Shown here piece after piece: positions 55,638 to 64,000 of a DNA stretch of 64,000 nucleotides. Made by a program: the position numbers and the translations under genes. The notes below the pieces were generated by a model. It was given only the letters and a program-made list of their open reading frames with translations, ran no database searches and was not told the DNA's origin. The stretch is from a virus, in IMG/VR virus record IMGVR_UViG_3300002026_000025, positions 71,313-135,312 of that record. The stretch is one strand, 5' to 3'. Each line of letters opens with the position of its first letter. Position 1 is the first letter of the stretch.

Positions 55638-57359
55638 ATGCCAAATCCAATCAATACAGGTGGTATAGTTGGTATCGATAATGTATCACCAATTTATAAT
55701 GCAGATAGACGGTGGCAAATTTGGAATATGGATGAAATTTATTTAGGTGCAATAGCATCAAATAAATACGTTCCAAAAATAAACGATGTAGTATATGAAA
55801 TACTAGGTTTAACAATAACTAAATATATTGTACAGGACATCGATTTGTCAACATTGATACCAGTATTCCGCGAAGAAAACACAGTAAATCCAACAGTTAC
55901 ATTTACTAATGAAGATATTCTTTACGGTGTAGGTCCAGGTACTCAAAGTGATACATATCGCGTATATTTAGATAAATCTGTTTTACCATTTCGATTATCT
56001 GTAGATGCAAGATTAATGGTAGCAGGTTCTATGTGTAGGTGGGCTAAAATTTTTAAAGGATCCGTATTAAGTAATAGTGGTATAGTCATAAGTAGAATGT
56101 ATGACGCTACGGGAAACTTACTAAGTGAGAATATTCCTTTAGAGTTAGCTTATCAATCTAGTGGTACTCTAACTGATAACAAAACAATTAAGTCTGTTGT
56201 TCCTTGTTATACTAATGTTGATATGGATGACGGTGAATTAGTAACAGCTGTGTTCTATGATGATGCTGGTTTTGTTGTGTCAAAAAGACAATTGTTAGTA
56301 GAAAATACTGCGTTTATACGAACAGTGGATGTTGATACAAAATACATAATTGGTATTTCATTAAAATCACCATTTATAAACCAAAATAATAGTAAACTAA
56401 TACAATATCCTATTAACGTACCATTAAACGGATTAAATTTAATGGGCGTCGTTTCTTATAGTAATGGTGAAGTTGTTGAATATCCTGTTGATGGGACTAA
56501 ATTCTCTATTTATGGATTTGATAACTATGTAGCCACTTTACCTGGTCAAAAAATAAAAGTAGTTTTAAAATATACATTAGGACCCACTGAGTTTAACTAT
56601 GTTTCTATGACTGGTAGTGAATACCATATATCAGAAACATATGAAGCTTATACTTTAAATATCGATGGTAGTTATAATGTTAAACTGTTTGTCTCGCCTG
56701 TCTGGGTTAGTGAAGTAAATGGTTATACATTGGAATGGTTCATGTATAATTTAGATAGAAATATCAAATACAATGTAACACCTTATGTTGTTATTAATCC
56801 GGCATATGGTTCATTTAACCCGATCGGTTATGGTATTGTTCAAAGACTTAATGTTTCATTGAATATAAAAAATGCTAATAGTGCATACAAGAGTTACATT
56901 CATGTACAAACACTAAATATTGTTTTAAATAAACAAGGTAATGATCGAATTGATAACTGGTCAATTGGTTATACTCAAGACCAAAATCCCCGCTACGGTT
57001 TAGGTATCTATGCTAAAGTTTTATTTGTAAATACAAATCAATGGTTACTAAAATTAGATGCAGGTATAACTGACTTTAATATTTGGATAGAAAGATACTA
57101 TTATAGAACGTTACCATTAATGAATAACCATTATGATACTACTCCACCTATGCCAACACACTTTAATATTTTAATAAATGGAATACCGATAGTTTATGAT
57201 ATAACTGATTGGAATAAACAATTATCATGTAATGGAACATTTACAAATAATTCAACATTGTTCATACAGTTCTTTGCAAGAACATCTACGAACGATCTTC
57301 AGTTAGCTGTAGCTGGTATACCTCTTTATTTTATAGATAATACAGGAAACTATATTTAA
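55638..57359 (+). CDS. Baseplate/virion structural protein (phiKZ gp26-like)
   Basis: YVPKIND, GVGPG..SDTYR, LKSPF, YNVKLF, MYNLDR, PTHF; synteny. Confidence 0.75.
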   Translation: MPNPINTGGIVGIDNVSPIYNADRRWQIWNMDEIYLGAIASNKYVPKINDVVYEILGLTITKYIVQDIDLSTLIPVFREENTVNPTVTFTNEDILYGVGPGTQSDTYRVYLDKSVLPFRLSVDARLMVAGSMCRWAKIFKGSVLSNSGIVISRMYDATGNLLSENIPLELAYQSSGTLTDNKTIKSVVPCYTNVDMDDGELVTAVFYDDAGFVVSKRQLLVENTAFIRTVDVDTKYIIGISLKSPFINQNNSKLIQYPINVPLNGLNLMGVVSYSNGEVVEYPVDGTKFSIYGFDNYVATLPGQKIKVVLKYTLGPTEFNYVSMTGSEYHISETYEAYTLNIDGSYNVKLFVSPVWVSEVNGYTLEWFMYNLDRNIKYNVTPYVVINPAYGSFNPIGYGIVQRLNVSLNIKNANSAYKSYIHVQTLNIVLNKQGNDRIDNWSIGYTQDQNPRYGLGIYAKVLFVNTNQWLLKLDAGITDFNIWIERYYYRTLPLMNNHYDTTPPMPTHFNILINGIPIVYDITDWNKQLSCNGTFTNNSTLFIQFFARTSTNDLQLAVAGIPLYFIDNTGNYI

Positions 57360-57364
57360 ATATC

Positions 57365-60300
57365 ATGAATAAACCAATAGATACTACACCAGTTATTTTT
57401 AGAGCAAAAGACAGATTACCAATTGACTTTTCGGACGGGATTTCAGTCAAGGAAATCTTACTAGATAGTCCAGTCGGAAGTAAAGCAATTGGACATACAT
57501 TAGGTGGACCAGGCGGACAAGTAATAACGGTTTATGATTTCATGAACCTTATGACTGTTGCATCAGGTATTAAACCAACTGGGTATAATATACCTGTTTA
57601 CTACGAAGCTAATTTAGATGTAAGTAATGAATTATTTACTGTATTCTTTGAAGATTTACCATATAGAGCAAATCCAAGTAGCGTACCATTTGTTACAACA
57701 GCTGATTTCGACCAAAATAAATGGATAGAAATGCCAGCAATTGGGTCCTCTGTTACCGGTATTGGACCGCAAGGCCCAAGAGGATTAACTGGACCACAAG
57801 GTATACAAGGTGAACCTGGTTTAACTGGTGCTACAGGTCCTCAAGGTCCACAAGGACAACAAGGTATTCAAGGATTAGTTGGACAAACAGGACCACAAGG
57901 ATCCGCTGGTATTACAGGTTCAACGGGATTAACTGGACCACAAGGACCTACAGGTGCTACAGGTCCAATGGGTCTGACTGGACCGACTGGCTTAACAGGT
58001 CCAGCAGGTGCTGATTCAACTGTAGCAGGTCCACAAGGTCCACAAGGATTACAAGGTTTAACAGGTCCACAAGGTTTAACTGGTCCTACAGGACCAGCAT
58101 CAACAGTGCCTGGACCTCAAGGTCCGCAGGGAATAGAAGGACCACAAGGACCAATGGGTCCAAGTGGACTTAAGGGCGATATTGGTTTAACTGGATCACA
58201 AGGTCCACAAGGTATCCAAGGTATACCTGGGGTTGATTCTATTATACCAGGACCAATAGGACCACAAGGTGTCCAAGGGTTAACTGGCCCAGCTGGACCA
58301 CAAGGCGTCCAAGGGTTAACTGGTGCTATGGGTCCAGAGGGTGCTATGGGTCCAGAGGGTCCACAAGGCCCAGCAGGTGCTGATTCAACTGTAGCAGGTC
58401 CACAAGGTCCTCAAGGATTACAAGGACCAATGGGTATATCTGGTCCCACTGGACCAACAGGACCAGCGTCAACAGTACCGGGTCCGGCTGGTGCTATAGG
58501 TGCCACAGGTCCACAAGGTATCCAAGGGTTAACTGGTTACACAGGTTTAGATGGTGCTACAGGTCCTAAAGGTGATACTGGTGCTACAGGTCCAGCTGGT
58601 CCAGCTGGATCTCAAGGTTTAGATGGTGCTACAGGTCCAGCTGGTCCAGAAGGTCCACAGGGTCCAGAAGGATTAATGGGTGCTACAGGTCCAGCTGGTC
58701 CACAAGGTATCCAAGGCATCCAAGGTCCCAAAGGTGATACTGGTTTAACTGGTCCAGCGGGTCTAGCAGGCGCTGATTCAACTGTAGCAGGTCCACAGGG
58801 TTTAATTGGACCACAAGGCCCGGAAGGTATCCAAGGTATACAAGGCCCAGCCGGTCCACAAGGTTTAACTGGTCCTGAAGGTCCACAGGGACCAATTGGT
58901 TTAACTGGATCAATAGGCGCAGATAGTACTGTACCTGGTCCAGCTGGGCCACAAGGTATCCAAGGTATCCAAGGTTTAACAGGTCCAAAAGGTGATACTG
59001 GTGCTGATGGTGTTAGTAATATTCCTGGACCGCAAGGTGTTCAAGGTATACAAGGTATTCAAGGTGAAACAGGTGCCACAGGTCCACAAGGTTTAACTGG
59101 TGATACAGGTCCAGCTGGACCTACTGGACCACAAGGGATTCAAGGTATACAAGGTGATACTGGTTTAACTGGTGCCGATTCAACTGTAGCCGGTCCTCAA
59201 GGTCCGCAAGGCATCCAAGGTTTAACAGGTCCAGCTGGAGCACAAGGACCTCAAGGATTACAAGGTTTAACAGGTCCACAAGGTATTGCAGGAGCTAATG
59301 GTAATACTGGTCCACAAGGTATCCAAGGTTTAACAGGTCCAAAAGGCGATACTGGTTTGACTGGTCCAGAGGGTCCACAAGGTGTTGCAGGTGCTGATTC
59401 AACTGTAGTAGGCCCGCAAGGTCCTAAAGGTGATACGGGTCTACAAGGTATTCAAGGTGTTGCAGGTGCTGATTCAACTATAGCTGGACCGCAAGGTATT
59501 CAAGGTCCAAAAGGTGATACTGGCTTGACTGGCCCATCGGGTCCAGCAGGTGCTGATTCAACTGTAGCTGGACCGCAAGGTATTCAAGGTATTCAAGGTT
59601 TAACAGGTCCAAAAGGTGATACTGGTGCCGATGGTGTTAGTAATATCCCAGGTCCACAAGGGATTCAAGGTATACAAGGACCAACTGGACCAGAAGGCCC
59701 AATCGGTCCTGCAGGTCCAGCTGGGTCAGGTGGTGGTTCTAGTGTGTTTTTTAATAACATTTCCCGATATGTAATGGATCCTACTCCAGGCCAAGCGGTT
59801 TGGTGTGTTTCATCATCTACTGTTTTTACAACATTGGCATGGGTTAGAGTTGGTACCTTATTAACAATTACAAATCCATCACATGGAAGAAGTGTGGGCG
59901 ATAGAGTAATTATAAGAAATGCTTCATCTGATAATTTTAATGATTTAATAACAACCGTAACAACAGATACATTTACTTTACCATGTGCAGACATCGGTGG
60001 TTTATCTGGATCAGCAGCAGCTTATTCGTGTGGTTTTAAATATGCACATAATACAAATCTATTTAATATAACTGAAGGTACTTTAACAGCACCTGCGAAT
60101 GCAGATGTGCAATTATTGTCCATAAGAATTAGATTAAAAGCAAATACTAGAGCTGCATTGACTTATAGTGTTAATTTACCATCTTCAGTTACAAATGGTG
60201 CAGGTTTAGACACTAATATGGATACAATGTATTTACCATTCCAACAAGTAAGACAAGATAGTGATTCGTTGACAGCTGTAGGTAACACATATACAACAAA

Positions 60301-60382
60301 TGTATCAGGTAGATATTCTTCGTTTAGATTTTCTGCTTTACCTGCAATTACAACTGGTTTAATATTCATGATCCAATTCTAA
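57365..60382 (+). CDS. Collagen-like (Gly-X-Y) fibre protein
   Basis: Roughly 650 residues of G-X-Y triplets flanked by globular N- and C-terminal domains. Confidence 0.9.
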   Translation: MNKPIDTTPVIFRAKDRLPIDFSDGISVKEILLDSPVGSKAIGHTLGGPGGQVITVYDFMNLMTVASGIKPTGYNIPVYYEANLDVSNELFTVFFEDLPYRANPSSVPFVTTADFDQNKWIEMPAIGSSVTGIGPQGPRGLTGPQGIQGEPGLTGATGPQGPQGQQGIQGLVGQTGPQGSAGITGSTGLTGPQGPTGATGPMGLTGPTGLTGPAGADSTVAGPQGPQGLQGLTGPQGLTGPTGPASTVPGPQGPQGIEGPQGPMGPSGLKGDIGLTGSQGPQGIQGIPGVDSIIPGPIGPQGVQGLTGPAGPQGVQGLTGAMGPEGAMGPEGPQGPAGADSTVAGPQGPQGLQGPMGISGPTGPTGPASTVPGPAGAIGATGPQGIQGLTGYTGLDGATGPKGDTGATGPAGPAGSQGLDGATGPAGPEGPQGPEGLMGATGPAGPQGIQGIQGPKGDTGLTGPAGLAGADSTVAGPQGLIGPQGPEGIQGIQGPAGPQGLTGPEGPQGPIGLTGSIGADSTVPGPAGPQGIQGIQGLTGPKGDTGADGVSNIPGPQGVQGIQGIQGETGATGPQGLTGDTGPAGPTGPQGIQGIQGDTGLTGADSTVAGPQGPQGIQGLTGPAGAQGPQGLQGLTGPQGIAGANGNTGPQGIQGLTGPKGDTGLTGPEGPQGVAGADSTVVGPQGPKGDTGLQGIQGVAGADSTIAGPQGIQGPKGDTGLTGPSGPAGADSTVAGPQGIQGIQGLTGPKGDTGADGVSNIPGPQGIQGIQGPTGPEGPIGPAGPAGSGGGSSVFFNNISRYVMDPTPGQAVWCVSSSTVFTTLAWVRVGTLLTITNPSHGRSVGDRVIIRNASSDNFNDLITTVTTDTFTLPCADIGGLSGSAAAYSCGFKYAHNTNLFNITEGTLTAPANADVQLLSIRIRLKANTRAALTYSVNLPSSVTNGAGLDTNMDTMYLPFQQVRQDSDSLTAVGNTYTTNVSGRYSSFRFSALPAITTGLIFMIQF
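57764..59727 (+). repeat. Collagen-coding tandem repeats with recurrent GADSTV(A/P/V) interruptions
   Basis: Many GGTCCACAAGGT units and GCTGATTCAACTGTAGC blocks; the [13 protein letters not shown] block occurs twice. Confidence 0.9.
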
Positions 60383-60410
60383 AAAAAGATTATGTAAATA
60401 AAAAGGATAT

Positions 60411-61103
60411 GTGATGGCAAGAAAGACAAATGGTTCACTTTACGTAGACGTATTTACACCTACAGAAAACGAAGGTGAATATACTTTTGAAAATGCATTA
60501 TTTAGTAATCAAGCAGATACGACAGGTAACGGTGCTTATGATATACAAGTAGGTTTTATTTTACATATACCAGCTACTGATATGAATACTTTCATGTTAA
60601 TACCTGGTTGTATAAGTAGATATAAATTAACTAATTTAACATATGTTGACAATGTAACAATATCAGGTACAGTTATATGGGATATGGGTTTACCGATTAC
60701 AGATATACCTACAAATGGTATATTTTGTATGATATCCGATACAACTGATATAAACAAGATAGCAATACCGCCTATAGATACGTTATACCCAGATATCATG
60801 ATTGGTAGCACAATAAGTGCAGTACTAAATGATATGGTGAACATCATAGATAAGTTAGGCGGAGGAAGTTCACCAACTAATAAAAATACAGTGCAATTGA
60901 CTGTAGAAAACAATGGACAATTAATATTTAATTTGCCACATGTACCAACAGATAAAACAAATACAATTGTTTTGATAAATGGTTTAATATATGCTTATGG
61001 TATGAATAACGATTACACTATTGATACAAATATCTTAACATGGACAGATGTGTCTTTAGTTCTAGACGTTACCGATAATATGGTAGTTAGCTACACGTAT
61101 TAA
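60411..61103 (+). CDS. Fibre-associated protein with C-terminal beta domain
   Basis: AAGGA RBS; C-terminal GQLIFNL...VLINGL...NDYTI...VVSY similar to the C-terminus of 61164-62276. Confidence 0.6.
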   Translation: MMARKTNGSLYVDVFTPTENEGEYTFENALFSNQADTTGNGAYDIQVGFILHIPATDMNTFMLIPGCISRYKLTNLTYVDNVTISGTVIWDMGLPITDIPTNGIFCMISDTTDINKIAIPPIDTLYPDIMIGSTISAVLNDMVNIIDKLGGGSSPTNKNTVQLTVENNGQLIFNLPHVPTDKTNTIVLINGLIYAYGMNNDYTIDTNILTWTDVSLVLDVTDNMVVSYTY

Positions 61104-61163
61104 AATTAACCCGCATTATAATATGCGTTAGCCTGTGTGTTTTTTTTATAGGAAATTTATAAA

Positions 61164-62276
61164 ATGAGTTCTACTACTATTCGTGGTTTACAAATTCGCC
61201 TAGCTACGATCCCTCGTGATCGTATTGATGCAGCTTTTGAAGCTGACATTAAGGCACTGGAAGATGGCTTGACAGCCGTTGAAGTTGGTGCTGGTCTAGA
61301 AACCAATGGTTCTTATGTAGTTGGTACTAGCAACTACCTTGGCACTTCTACCACGCTCAAGGCTTCTATCAATGCTCTTGACGCAGCATTGTTTGCAGCT
61401 GCTGGCACCGCCGGCACCGCTGTTCAAAAAGCTGGCGATTCAATGACTGGTAACCTGGTCATGACCGGTGGTACAGAAGTTACTGGTCTACCAGCTATTC
61501 CATCTGGCGCAACTGCTGCTGCTTCAAAGAGCTATGTTGACTCAATTGCTACTGGTCTGACATGGGAAACCCCAGTTCAAAGCAGTGGTGCAGCTACTCC
61601 AGCTACTGCTACTGCCGGTGACCGTTTCCTAAACCTTACCGATGGTAAAGTTTATACCGCTACTGCAACCAATGTTTGGAACACTGGTGAACTAATGACT
61701 GACGGTGCTGCTCTATTCGATGCAGCTACTGAAACTGGTTATGTTTATAGTGGTTCAGAATGGGTTCAGTTCACTGGTGCTGGTCAAGTTGTTGCAGGTT
61801 TAGGTCTACTGAAGACTGCTAACCAAATTGACATCAACATGGGTGCAGGTATTGCTGCCCTACCTACTGATGAAGTTGGTGTAGATGTTCTAGCTACTGG
61901 TGGTCTATTTACTACTGTAGACGGTACTGCAAGCAGCACCGATACCGCTGCTCAATTAGCTATTAAACTAAACGGTACTGACCTAGTTACTACTGTTGCT
62001 GGTCTAGCACTATCTACCGCAGCATCAAATGCTGTTGCAGATGCAGTACTACGTGCTAACTTCATTATCCGTGAAACACCAGTTGGCGCCATTAATGGTA
62101 CGAATGCACTGTTTACTATTGCTAATACTCCTTATGCAAACAGCGAACAAGTTTTCCTGAACGGTATGTTACTTGAGTCAGGTGTTGGCAATGACTATGA
62201 AATTACTGGAAAGGACATCACTTTAGCTGCTGCGCCACTCACTGGTGACCGCGTTAAAGTGAGTTATTTTCGTTAA
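61164..62276 (+). CDS. Fibre/decoration structural protein
   Basis: KAGDSMTGNL and AASKSYVD fibre motifs; C-terminal ETPVGAINGTNALFT...VFLNG...NDYEI...GDRVKVSY; Ala/Gly/Thr-rich. Confidence 0.75.
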   Translation: MSSTTIRGLQIRLATIPRDRIDAAFEADIKALEDGLTAVEVGAGLETNGSYVVGTSNYLGTSTTLKASINALDAALFAAAGTAGTAVQKAGDSMTGNLVMTGGTEVTGLPAIPSGATAAASKSYVDSIATGLTWETPVQSSGAATPATATAGDRFLNLTDGKVYTATATNVWNTGELMTDGAALFDAATETGYVYSGSEWVQFTGAGQVVAGLGLLKTANQIDINMGAGIAALPTDEVGVDVLATGGLFTTVDGTASSTDTAAQLAIKLNGTDLVTTVAGLALSTAASNAVADAVLRANFIIRETPVGAINGTNALFTIANTPYANSEQVFLNGMLLESGVGNDYEITGKDITLAAAPLTGDRVKVSYFR

Positions 62277-62369
62277 TGGTACAGAGGTAGTTTTAGGAGC
62301 AATCTGGGGTGATGCAAATATACTCTGGGGCGACATAAACGCTACTTGGCCTTAATAGGTTAGAATAAT

Positions 62370-62404
62370 AAAAGCCATTACCTCTAAACAGGATAATGGC
62401 TTTT
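62370..62404 (+). terminator. Terminator hairpin
   Basis: AAAAGCCATTA...TAATGGCTTTT. Confidence 0.65.
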
Positions 62405-62483
62405 ATGCTGTTTATTTTTAATAATATCATATGTAAGTCGTTATATAAAAATATAATGTTGTTTAATTTTAAGGATATTTATC

Positions 62484-62909
62484 GTGCCAGTTACTTCATC
62501 AATCAATAAAAAATTCCCTATCCCTGGGTCTACGATTTACGATACTCGGTTAAGCGATATGCAGGCAATTAAGTCAGCACTAGTGTCTATTGATGCCAGC
62601 TTAGTATCTAGTATTACTGCTAATTTTCCAGGTACAATTGCAGCTGCAGTAGGCACATCCCGCAACTATCCTAATAAAGACATTAAAATTAAATCGGTGA
62701 GCACTTGGGTTAGCGAAAACGCCACTACTGATGTTATTATCAATATTCGTAAAAATGGCGCTGTGACTCAAGCAGTAACCATTCCTACTGGTCAATTAAA
62801 AGTAACTGTTACACCTGTTACTCCTATCACTTTAACACCCATTGATTATTTAACAGTAGATATTGTCAGTGGCTCCGGTAAAGATCTCGTAGTTAGAATG
62901 GATTATTAA
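62484..62909 (+). CDS. Small beta-rich virion/fibre protein
   Basis: AAGGA RBS, GTG start; INIRKNG and DYLTVDI...GKDLVV patterns. Confidence 0.6.
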   Translation: MPVTSSINKKFPIPGSTIYDTRLSDMQAIKSALVSIDASLVSSITANFPGTIAAAVGTSRNYPNKDIKIKSVSTWVSENATTDVIINIRKNGAVTQAVTIPTGQLKVTVTPVTPITLTPIDYLTVDIVSGSGKDLVVRMDY

Positions 62910-62929
62910 TTTTTAAGGAAAAATATAAA

Positions 62930-63892
62930 ATGTATTTTAAATATTCTTGGTTTGTTGACACAACCACTATTAACACATATGCAGGGGATATTACGGCAAT
63001 TATTACAGGTACTAAAGATAAACAGCTTCTTAGCGCTGGATGTAATAAGGAGTATACAGAATTAATTGCCGATGTTGAACAAACAAATTGGGCTTTATAC
63101 GATGGCGCGGATGTACTAAAACCAGTATTTAGATCAATAGACAATGGTGGTGTGTTATATAAATATGTTCAAGCAATATTTACTACTAATAAAATCACAT
63201 TTAAATCATTTGAATCGTGGAACATTAATACGCATATTGGTGTAAATCAAACACATATGGGTGGTACAGCTACAGAAAATGTATTAGGTATAAATCTATC
63301 GGTACCCGGCTCTGTTTATATATTAGCTACCCCTACGTATTTATTTATGGCAAATACACCTGCTTTTGGTAATGGATTTATTGGGATAATGGAATACAGT
63401 AGAGATTCTTTCTCTACCGATGTAAACTATCCATGTGTTACTAATATGACCCAAGCATGTAATTTTATAAACGGTTATGGCATGCACGAAGGCCTTGGTT
63501 CACATTTTGGTATATGTAGAATAAAAAACCCACTAGTTGCCGTAGGTGATCTTATAGGGGCAAATATATCTGGTTCAACATTTTTAGCGTTTGGTTTAGA
63601 TAACCCAGGCATTATTGCACCAAACGGAAAACCATATACAAATCAACAACAAATTGGTTTATTTGGAACAGATGGCATCCGTCACATTCTTGCAATTCCA
63701 ATTATTTTAAATTATTTTTATGTATATCCTTACTATTCGCATATTAGTATATTAGGTAAGATTCAAGGTGGCGTAAAGTTTATACCGAATCACGGAATAC
63801 CATACACACAGTTAGACGAAATAGTTATAGATAATACTAATAATGTAATGTTAGCAGTACCAAACGGAACTTTAGTTTTACCAAAAGTTTAA
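62930..63892 (+). CDS. Putative tail-fibre-associated structural protein
   Basis: 320 aa, AAGGA RBS, aromatic/Gly-rich. Confidence 0.55.
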   Translation: MYFKYSWFVDTTTINTYAGDITAIITGTKDKQLLSAGCNKEYTELIADVEQTNWALYDGADVLKPVFRSIDNGGVLYKYVQAIFTTNKITFKSFESWNINTHIGVNQTHMGGTATENVLGINLSVPGSVYILATPTYLFMANTPAFGNGFIGIMEYSRDSFSTDVNYPCVTNMTQACNFINGYGMHEGLGSHFGICRIKNPLVAVGDLIGANISGSTFLAFGLDNPGIIAPNGKPYTNQQQIGLFGTDGIRHILAIPIILNYFYVYPYYSHISILGKIQGGVKFIPNHGIPYTQLDEIVIDNTNNVMLAVPNGTLVLPKV

Positions 63893-63893
63893 T

Positions 63894-64000
63894 ATGACCA
63901 TACTAACTGATAATTGTGCTTATCGAGATTATAATGTCGAATATGGTTTAGGAGTACCGCATGTTAAAAACAATACTATTAGAGTAGCGAATAATTGTGC
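63894..64000 (+). CDS. 5' part of the next gene (runs off the window)
   Basis: ATG 1 nt after the previous stop; MTILTDNCAYRDYNVEYGLGVPH... open to the end. Confidence 0.45.
   Translation, partial: MTILTDNCAYRDYNVEYGLGVPHVKNNTIRVANNC

Noticed and set aside
57764-59727. Collagen repeats as a satellite, DGR or mobile element
   Set aside because: Variation is mainly at synonymous positions of Gly-X-Y codons; no reverse transcriptase or adenine-specific repeat pair was seen.
1-64000. tRNA/rRNA genes or an alternative genetic code
   Set aside because: No cloverleaf or rRNA-like segment was seen by eye; long genes are intact under the standard code and all three stop codons are used.

Overview
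AT-rich fragment of a phiKZ-like jumbo phage genome (Chimalliviridae-type gene content); the host cannot be determined. Family assignments come from recalled motifs and synteny, not from searches. Core genes: tail spike (partial), intein-interrupted SbcC, RNase H, UvsX, three virion RNA polymerase (vRNAP) subunits, a 3343-aa tail protein with peptidoglycan hydrolase domains, prohead protease, tail tube, sheath and baseplate, and a collagen-like fibre module. No tRNA, rRNA or CRISPR array was seen. Main observations: (1) The vRNAP beta' catalytic motif ADFDGD is split by two tandem group I introns around a 9-nt micro-exon (FDG); intron 1 carries an HNH homing endonuclease. (2) At least five dispersed cassettes sit just after the stop codons of upstream genes. 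Each has a conserved promoter/leader and a variable, unannotated 32-80 aa ORF; four end in a conserved 3' hairpin. (3) A candidate +1 frameshift (UUU CGU UAA) extends a fibre protein. (4) An internal peptidase S74-type autocleavage domain lies in the giant tail protein. (5) An exact 32-bp direct repeat flanks a head-protein gene. (6) A promoter-preceded, hairpin-rich candidate ncRNA.
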